DNA of 51,556 nt from a virus (Duplodnaviria; Caudoviricetes). Below, piece after piece: positions 46,299 to 51,556 of the stretch; within the stretch, counting starts at the first letter, position 1, and the number at the start of each line of letters is the position of its first letter. The notes under the pieces are model-generated. The model was not told the DNA's origin and ran no database searches. It saw nothing but the letters and a program-made list of their open reading frames with translations. Where the stretch lies: positions 1 through 51,556 of the IMG/VR virus record IMGVR_UViG_3300048778_000586. One strand, written 5' to 3'. The position numbers and the translations under genes are program-made.

Positions 46299-46949
46299 AT
46301 GAAAACAAGAATTACAGGAATTGGCCTCGCGGCACTGATCATGCTCGCGGGGATAACGGTACAGGCGCAAACCACTACTACCACGGTAACAAATGTCGTC
46401 AACGGAACAAACGTCACAATCACCACCACGACCACGCAAATTCAACAGATGGTGAATCAGGCGATTCAATTGCCCGCTGGCGTTAATCTGCCAGCCATGA
46501 GCAGCACAGGGTTGTGTTTCACCAACGTCACCTACAAAGTCGCAACAGGTCTGGAATATGAATCATCCGGTGGCACGATGTCTTATATTCAAGGCGATGC
46601 CGACCTTTACAAAACAAGCCTCGTTGACCTCGGTGCTGGCGCGGAGATGACATTAAACGGCACAGGCGCGGGTCTTTACAGCGCGGCGGCGGATGTCGAG
46701 TTCATCAAGAACTTGTCCAACTTCCAAGTCGTCGGGAAAGTGGGGGCTGGTGGTGTATTTGAAGGTAAGCACGGCGCATTCTTTGAGGTCGGCGGGGACA
46801 TCAACTATAATCTTGCACAGGGGACAGGCTCAACCTTCCTCGGTGGCCAGAGTTGGTTCACTTACGTCTTTGGCGGAATAGACCTTCGGTTTCATAACGC
46901 CGGGGTGATTGAGAAATTATTCCGGGTTGGTGCTGGTGTTGCGTTCTAA
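46299..46949 (+). CDS. outer-membrane beta-barrel-like protein
   Basis: Signal peptide (...TVQAQ), amphipathic strands, C-terminal VGAGVAF. Confidence 0.65.
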   Translation: MKTRITGIGLAALIMLAGITVQAQTTTTTVTNVVNGTNVTITTTTTQIQQMVNQAIQLPAGVNLPAMSSTGLCFTNVTYKVATGLEYESSGGTMSYIQGDADLYKTSLVDLGAGAEMTLNGTGAGLYSAAADVEFIKNLSNFQVVGKVGAGGVFEGKHGAFFEVGGDINYNLAQGTGSTFLGGQSWFTYVFGGIDLRFHNAGVIEKLFRVGAGVAF

Positions 46950-46957
46950 TTATTGAC

Positions 46958-47005
46958 ACCGCGCCGGTTTTAATCCTAATAAGTCGAGGACGAGACCGGC
47001 GCGGT
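46958..47005. other. stem-loop after the OMP gene (possible terminator or processing site)
   Basis: ACCGCGCCGGT (46958-46968) pairs with ACCGGCGCGGT (46995-47005). Confidence 0.4.
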
Positions 47006-47057
47006 TGTCGGCGCAACCTGAAGGTTGCGCTTACGGTTGCGGCGCGCAAGGTACAGA

Positions 47058-47672
47058 ATGAAGCGCAGGATTTATATTTTTGTCAACGGCATCCAGGACT
47101 GGCCGGGCAATAGCCGGCTCTGGAATAAACGGGCCGTCACTTGGATTCATCTGCACACCGATAGCCGCGCCCAAACGGATGAGTATTTCACCACGGCTCT
47201 CACGGTCTGGATCCATGAACGCGACCGGGCAAGGGAGATGGCCGATTTACTGCGGCGTTTCACAGGTTGGGAAATCATCATCGTGGCGCACAGCAACGGC
47301 GCGCGCGTGTCGCTCGGAGCCTTAAAAATCTGCGAGGTGCGGATCGAGGCACTGCACCTCGTCAGCGGCGCTTGTGACGCGGATTTCAACCGTAATGGCC
47401 TCAATTCCGCGCTCAGATCATACCGGGTTGGCCGTGTGTTTGTGTATGTGGCGGAAAAGGACTGGGCGATGGGGTTTGAGGACACGCTTGCCGGCAAGGC
47501 GTTGTTCGGCCTGTATGCCAGCGATCAGCCACTTGGATTGAGTGGTCCCAGGAATGTGGAGTCCCGCATGTATAGCCGCATCAAACAAGTGAATGAACGG
47601 CATTACGGACATTCAAGTTGGTGGGCGCCGGTAAATTTTGAGCGGACCATGCGCGGGTTTGTTTTGATTTAA
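47058..47672 (+). CDS. alpha/beta hydrolase
   Basis: IFVNGI, IIVAHSNG nucleophile elbow, LVSGA, C-terminal GHS. Confidence 0.75.
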   Translation: MKRRIYIFVNGIQDWPGNSRLWNKRAVTWIHLHTDSRAQTDEYFTTALTVWIHERDRAREMADLLRRFTGWEIIIVAHSNGARVSLGALKICEVRIEALHLVSGACDADFNRNGLNSALRSYRVGRVFVYVAEKDWAMGFEDTLAGKALFGLYASDQPLGLSGPRNVESRMYSRIKQVNERHYGHSSWWAPVNFERTMRGFVLI

Positions 47673-47723
47673 GACGCAACCTGAAGCGCAGCCTAAAGGC
47701 TGCGGCTACAATTACGGTTACAA

Positions 47724-47981
47724 ATGAAAACCATTCATTGCGAAATCTTCACGCTCGATTCACAAGGCCGGCGACAGAACATCATCACGCCGATGGTCGC
47801 GCCGCTGCCGGACAAGATGACGGAGAATGAGGCTGCGCGGTTCATCCTGGTGGCAGCAGCGGAACAGGTGGGAAGCCGGAGATCGGAAGCCAGAATCCAT
47901 CTGCCTACGCATAAAGCTACGGCAAGACTTCGGAATCCAGAAGCCAAAAAGGAAAAGGGCATCCGCAGATTACGCCGATGA
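47724..47981 (+). CDS. hypothetical protein with a repeat-derived C-terminus
   Basis: C-terminal half reads through family G/E/F repeats. Confidence 0.4.
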   Translation: MKTIHCEIFTLDSQGRRQNIITPMVAPLPDKMTENEAARFILVAAAEQVGSRRSEARIHLPTHKATARLRNPEAKKEKGIRRLRR

Positions 47982-48129
47982 ACGCAGATTTTTAATAAGG
48001 AAATCAGGAAATCTGGAAGGCACAAAAAGGGTTAAAAGTTGAATTTGACCACCTCAACCCGACCCTCTCCCCCACCCATGCTTCGCCCAAGGGCTACGCA
48101 GGGCAGGCTGATGGAGAGGGAGAAAAAGA

Positions 48130-48573
48130 TTATTTTGGAAGGGACTGCCATGCACCGTTCTTCTGAAGTTCGTTGTTGACGGTGGCAACCGCGGCGTCAA
48201 CGGCGTCATCGTAGGATTTCCACGGATTGGCCCGCCCTTCTCCGACTCCCGCCGTGGCTCCCAGCCGTATCGCCGATTGTATGCAGCGCTGATCGGCAGC
48301 ATGAAGATCGTCCTTGGCCACCGCCAGGTCTTGCAGGCTGTGGACCGCCTCGCCGAATTTACCGACCAGCTCCTGATAACTGCCCACCACTTTTGTCCTT
48401 AACTCCGCATCCGCCACCGCATTGGATTCCAGCACGGAAATTTGAATCTTTTGATCGGCGATCAGTTTGTTTTTGAAACCTATAATATGCGCCTGCTGCC
48501 ACACGCAAAGACATGACAGACAGAGTGCGAGCAATACGCCAATCAGAACCAACAGACTAATTTTAGATTTCAT
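48130..48573 (-). CDS. membrane-anchored hypothetical protein (possible superinfection exclusion)
   Basis: N-terminal TM helix; has its own promoter; function is inference only. Confidence 0.55.
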   Translation of the reverse strand: MKSKISLLVLIGVLLALCLSCLCVWQQAHIIGFKNKLIADQKIQISVLESNAVADAELRTKVVGSYQELVGKFGEAVHSLQDLAVAKDDLHAADQRCIQSAIRLGATAGVGEGRANPWKSYDDAVDAAVATVNNELQKNGAWQSLPK

Positions 48574-48595
48574 AGATTTTCCTTTGTTTTACCTG

Positions 48596-48669
48596 AATTT
48601 ACAGGGTTTTTGTGCAATGTCAAGTTTTTTGCAAATAAATGTTGACTCTTACTGGAAAATCTGTAAATT
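48596..48669. promoter_or_regulatory. back-to-back divergent sigma70 promoters
   Basis: Minus: TTGACA (48618-48623)-16-TAAATT (48596-48601). Plus: TTGACT (48642-48647)-16-TAAATT (48664-48669). Confidence 0.7.
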
Positions 48670-48723
48670 TAACCACAGATGGACACGAGCCACAGATTGC
48701 ACAGATAAAACACAGATAAGAAT

Positions 48724-48921
48724 ATGCCGAAGAAAAGCAAAAACAGTGAACCGGTAAAAACGCTGCAAATCCGGTCAAACGATTTAGTAGGCCAGGTTGA
48801 AGGCATTGCCGAGAAAAGCGGATTGAGCAGCGCGGCGGTTTTCAAACTTGTGGTGCAGCACGGATTGCCCATTGTGGCAAATAAACTGACAGTGTTGGCG
48901 GTTGATATGGATAAAAAATGA
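48724..48921 (+). CDS. ribbon-helix-helix (Arc/CopG-like) regulator
   Basis: KTLQIR...VEGIAEKSGLSSAAV...GL; first gene after the promoter. Confidence 0.6.
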   Translation: MPKKSKNSEPVKTLQIRSNDLVGQVEGIAEKSGLSSAAVFKLVVQHGLPIVANKLTVLAVDMDKK

Positions 48922-49133
48922 ATGCAGATGAATTCATCGAGCAAGTGCACGCGGCGTGGACGCCGACTGAGGTCCACAGGCTGATGAGTTGTCATTTCCA
49001 GTTCGTGACCGGAACTCCCAAGCAGTTGGAGGCGTGCATCAATGCCGCCGATGCCAAACTTGAACGGCTGTGTGAGAATGGCATGGAACTCGGGACGCGG
49101 GGAGGAAGAGCCATGGAGGAAATGACGGCGTGA
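48918..49133 (+). CDS. hypothetical protein
   Basis: ATGA overlap with the previous gene. Confidence 0.5.
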   Translation: MNADEFIEQVHAAWTPTEVHRLMSCHFQFVTGTPKQLEACINAADAKLERLCENGMELGTRGGRAMEEMTA

Positions 49134-49256
49134 ACTTTTGTCTCGCGAAGAACGTGAAGGATGTTTGACGCGAATTGCGCGAATGAACACTAATTTTTGG
49201 GAATAAAAATAGAAATCAATTGGCGGAAATTAGCAAAATTAGCGTAAAAATGTTTT

Positions 49257-49517
49257 ATGAATGCGATTGAAAAGGCAAAACAGTTTCACGAAGAGTTAAG
49301 CGGCTTGATTAACCGATCACTCAAGGACGGGGCACCTCTGCCGAGCATGGTCTTTGCCATGAGCGAGGAATATCTTGACCTGCAATTGTTAATGCGCGAC
49401 ATACGCATGGAACGCGCACAGCGGGAATTGGCGGGCAAGATCGTGGCCGCCCATGCCATTCCTCCAATCAATCTCATCGGGCCACACCAGAAACCGCTAA
49501 AACCACCGGGAACGTAA
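49257..49517 (+). CDS. hypothetical protein
   Basis: 86-aa ORF in the early operon. Confidence 0.55.
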   Translation: MNAIEKAKQFHEELSGLINRSLKDGAPLPSMVFAMSEEYLDLQLLMRDIRMERAQRELAGKIVAAHAIPPINLIGPHQKPLKPPGT

Positions 49518-49521
49518 TAGA

Positions 49522-50049
49522 ATGACGAATTCAAAATTCACCGGTCTTCGCCAGGCTTCTACCCGGCAAGGAATTCAGAATAGCGGCGCGAAAGGGATCC
49601 CGCGTCGCCAAGGCTATGCAGGACAAGCTGCGCGTCCTACCACGGATGGCGTGCGTCCCCACCAGACGGAGTTGTTTGAGCCGACCATTGCGCAGCAGTT
49701 TGAGGCGTGGAAGGCCACGCCCGGCGGCGCCCAGGTCATGCGCATCGCTTACGCCGTTGCCGCCCGCTACGGCCGCCGTTATATCGAACGCGGCCGGCGC
49801 GTGAGCGTGCGCCTCATCTGGGAGATGTTGCGCGATAATATCACGTTCATCCGCGCCCGGATGAAGGCCAAGGGCATCATGCTCGAGAAGCTGGACGGGT
49901 TCGCGTTGAACGATCATTTCCACGCGCATGTGGCACGGCATATCATGGGGCACCGACCGGAATGGCAGGGGATGTTTGAATTGCGCGAGCTGGGCGCGGC
50001 CAGAAATAAACGGAAGGTAACGATCATTAAAATTGACCAGCCGGTTTAA
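49522..50049 (+). CDS. phage hypothetical protein with a repeat-derived N-terminus
   Basis: RLIWE.LR...LND.F.A.VAR......PE..GMFELR; first ~40 aa derive from nested repeats. Confidence 0.6.
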   Translation: MTNSKFTGLRQASTRQGIQNSGAKGIPRRQGYAGQAARPTTDGVRPHQTELFEPTIAQQFEAWKATPGGAQVMRIAYAVAARYGRRYIERGRRVSVRLIWEMLRDNITFIRARMKAKGIMLEKLDGFALNDHFHAHVARHIMGHRPEWQGMFELRELGAARNKRKVTIIKIDQPV

Positions 50050-50112
50050 CCGCAGAGGCGCAGAGGCGCAGAAGAATAAGAAAACCAATAAGGAAAGCAG
50101 GAAATCAGGAAG

Positions 50113-50523
50113 ATGAAGGATAGAATTGTTATTTTGGGAATTATTGGGGTGCTTTGCGCCTTGACGGTTAATTCCTCGGCGATGGACCGGTGGGAGGCAT
50201 TGTCTCAAATCGAGTCCGGCGATTGCGATACTTGCATTGGCCCGTCGGGTGAAGTATCTCGATATCAGATTTTGCCCTGCGTCTGGCGGGAATATACGAA
50301 ACTGCCGTTGAGCGCGGCTACCAACCCATTCACCGCTCGGAATGTCGCGGAGACAATCATGGCGGCGCGCATTCGTTATTTTTATCAAATCGGCGCGCAA
50401 GGGACCTCGCGCCCTACCGATCAGGAATTGTATCTGCTCTGGCACCGGCCGGCGCGGGTGCTGCGTCCTAAACCCGCCGAACGCGAACGCGCGGAACGAT
50501 TTGAGAATTTGTGCAGGAAATGA
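50113..50523 (+). CDS. secreted lysozyme-like / transglycosylase protein
   Basis: Signal peptide; ALSQIESG...G..GEVSRYQI catalytic Glu-Ser motif. Confidence 0.7.
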   Translation: MKDRIVILGIIGVLCALTVNSSAMDRWEALSQIESGDCDTCIGPSGEVSRYQILPCVWREYTKLPLSAATNPFTARNVAETIMAARIRYFYQIGAQGTSRPTDQELYLLWHRPARVLRPKPAERERAERFENLCRK

Positions 50524-50579
50524 TGAAAGGCGCAATCTACGGCGCGACATAAATGTCGCGGCTACATGGATGAATATAA

Positions 50580-50822
50580 ATGAGCAGGACGTTTCATAAA
50601 GAACATGAGACTGTGGATCGTCAAACGCCGCGGCGCCGGCGGTTTTATTGTGGCGTTGCGCGCAAGATGATTTTTCCGTCGCATGACGCGGCCATTCAGG
50701 CCGTCGCCGGCTTTGAGCCTTCGGTGCGGACGGCCATGGAGTATAGGGCGTATCATTGCAAGTTTTGCGGCGGGTGGCATCTGACAAGCCAACCGTGGAA
50801 ACCGAAAATAGTTGAAGGTTGA
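50580..50822 (+). CDS. small zinc-binding protein
   Basis: RAYHCKFCGGWHLTS. Confidence 0.6.
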   Translation: MSRTFHKEHETVDRQTPRRRRFYCGVARKMIFPSHDAAIQAVAGFEPSVRTAMEYRAYHCKFCGGWHLTSQPWKPKIVEG

Positions 50823-50846
50823 AGGTTGAAGGTAAAAAACACGAAG

Positions 50847-50963
50847 ATGAAACTTTGTTTCCCAACTGAAATTTTGAAGCAGCACCTGGTCGTGCTCGGC
50901 AAGACCGACGCTGGCAATAAAACACTTTTACGCGAATTACACGAATTGCCGCTAATTATTTAA
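50847..50963 (+). pseudogene. N-terminal remnant of a HerA/DUF87-like P-loop ATPase
   Basis: PTEILKQHLVVLGKTDAGNK, a decayed H..vLGKTGAGKS motif, runs into a family F repeat. Confidence 0.5.
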
Positions 50964-50974
50964 CCAGAAACCGA

Positions 50975-51190
50975 ATGAACAAGGCGAATGACATTCTGGA
51001 AATGGTCAAGATGGGAGTCTGTGGCGCACAAGCCAGCCTCGTCGTCGCGGAAGAATTGTCGGCGCCGGAACGCCGGCTGTCCCTGCAACATACCATTGAT
51101 CAGTTGATGCCGTTGCGCGGATTGCTATTAACGGCAGCGGGAGAAATCAATCTAGAACTTTACGTAGAGCCAAGCAACAGCCGCGAATGA
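50975..51190 (+). CDS. hypothetical protein
   Basis: ATGA overlap with the next gene. Confidence 0.5.
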   Translation: MNKANDILEMVKMGVCGAQASLVVAEELSAPERRLSLQHTIDQLMPLRGLLLTAAGEINLELYVEPSNSRE

Positions 51191-51432
51191 AAACAACGCT
51201 TGACCAATCTGCCGCGTTCAACGAAGTCAGCGACTCCCGAAAACTGGAAGCGCAAGGGCTGTTGGCTGCGACGGCTTGTTATGCCACAGGCCAGCACGTC
51301 GCTAACCTCACAATGCCGTATGTGTTCTGGCGATTTCAATACTGGCTCAAGGTGAAGGACATGACATACACCCAAATTGATGAAGCCGTGAATCGAGGAA
51401 AACTCGTCCCATGTGACTGCATGGTGGCATAA
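51187..51432 (+). CDS. hypothetical protein in an integron-like cassette
   Basis: Contains GTTATGCCAC (51278-51287); its exact complement GTGGCATAAC (51424-51433) overlaps the stop codon. Confidence 0.6.
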   Translation: MKTTLDQSAAFNEVSDSRKLEAQGLLAATACYATGQHVANLTMPYVFWRFQYWLKVKDMTYTQIDEAVNRGKLVPCDCMVA

Positions 51433-51556
51433 CGGCATAGTTGAGCAGCCCCGCACCAAAGACAAAACATGAAAACATTTTTAATAATCGGAGTTCAAAC
51501 GATATGGGCAATCGGAATATGGGAATTGCTATTTCGCCGTTTTGTCTTTGGTAAGG
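51427..51556. mobile_element. attC-like hairpin (truncated by the window end) enclosing the next gene's start
   Basis: GCATAAC core; perfect 14-bp inverted repeat ACCAAAGACAAAAC (51455-51468) / GTTTTGTCTTTGGT (51539-51552); ATG at 51469. Confidence 0.65.
51469..51556 (+). CDS. 5' end of the next cassette gene (truncated)
   Basis: MKTFLIIGVQTIWAIGIWELLFRRFVFGK, open to the window end. Confidence 0.5.
   Translation, partial: MKTFLIIGVQTIWAIGIWELLFRRFVFGK

Larger units (their letters stand above)
1873..47709 (+). repeat. dispersed REP-like family B, 23-bp palindrome CGCAACC-N4-GGTTGCG-GCTAC
   Basis: Copies at about 1873, 3254, 8094, 11089, 14376, 24373, 25364, 31447, 35752, 36781, 37456, 41051, 47012, 47687. 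Compensatory stem changes (CTCAGCC/GGCTGAG, CGCAGCC/GGCTGCG). Ends in YTAC (CTAC is GTAG on the other strand). Confidence 0.85.
4487..48123 (+). repeat. dispersed family D hairpin CCACCTCACCCCG.CCCTCTCCCC-loop-GGAGAGGGAGA
   Basis: Copies at about 4487, 11761, 27450, 30898, 34481, 34574, 35413, 35491, 35569, 37384, 48049. Confidence 0.85.
2559..49628 (+). repeat. dispersed family E, ~30-40 bp hairpin (CC..GC[TG]TCG...CTA[CT]GCAGG.CAAG), usually nested in other elements
   Basis: Copies at about 2559-2590, 23504-23534, 26818-26848, 34709-34749, 42613-42642, 47910-47938, 48075-48106, 49541-49570, 49598-49628. Confidence 0.75.
18265..50418. repeat. dispersed REP-like family C, 27 bp GGCGCGATAGGGACATCGCGCCCTACC
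   Basis: Plus-strand copies at 26906, 27657, 27723, 29869, 30944, 34656, 35652, 41742, 49585 (interrupted), 50392; reverse copy at 18265-18291 in the minus-strand ligase; related hairpins near 17480, 18422, 25457, 29898. Confidence 0.85.
1722..50832 (+). repeat. dispersed heptamer tandem repeats: family A (GTTGAAA/GTTGAGG/GTTGAGA)n and family G (CAGAAGT/CAGAATG/TTTTGAA/GTCAGGA)n
   Basis: A near 1722, 2546, 4015, 7775, 11721, 17432, 31369, 34434, 35367, 36672, 38997, 41676, 45339, 46130, 50811. G near 3877, 4057, 5271, 6501, 7111, 10817, 25747, 31735. Reverse-complement copies at about 17540, 17837 and 18646 lie beside or in minus-strand genes. Confidence 0.85.
2941..50958 (+). repeat. dispersed family F, 9-10-mer tandem units (ATCCGCAGATTACGCAGATTAACGCAGAT; AACCACAAAGACACGAAG; AACCGCAGAGGCGCAGAG)
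   Basis: Copies at about 2941, 10850, 25048, 26863, 29795, 34625, 35704, 36706, 42496, 42606, 46157, 47961, 48671, 49168, 50048, 50930. Confidence 0.8.

Noticed and set aside
49531-50925. 464-aa minus-strand ORF
   Set aside because: Shadow of several plus-strand genes and repeats.
1-51556. tRNA/rRNA genes, prophage attL/attR, contractile sheath
   Set aside because: None recognisable by eye, and no host housekeeping genes are present to define a boundary.

Overview
The window is a tailed dsDNA (pro)phage genome or most of one, with a lambda-like packaging and head module: putative small terminase, gpA-type large terminase, lambda-type portal fused to a histidine-phosphatase domain, and a protease/scaffold/HK97 capsid polyprotein. 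The tail looks non-contractile with a short tape measure. The host is probably a Verrucomicrobia (Pedosphaera-like) bacterium, an inference from Thr/Asn-rich secreted proteins, 'LSTLNSQLST'-type signal peptides and A-rich leaders without Shine-Dalgarno sites. Unusual features visible in the sequence: (1) an integron-type integrase at the left edge with an attI-like core, and attC-like cassette hairpins at the right edge whose loops hold the cassette gene's own start codon; (2) dozens of copies of about 7 families of tiny REP-like or tandem repeats, mostly oriented with transcription, some in-frame inside essential genes, some nested in each other, some forming signal peptides; (3) about ten head/tail-module proteins with Sec-type signal peptides, including an S53 peptidase; (4) a TGACT-N8-TTT motif just upstream of structural genes; (5) a minus-strand early island with repeated sigma70 promoter-leader modules, which together with replication genes splits the head-tail module. 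I found no tRNA, rRNA, CRISPR array or reverse transcriptase. All protein calls come from motif recognition and synteny, not database searches.
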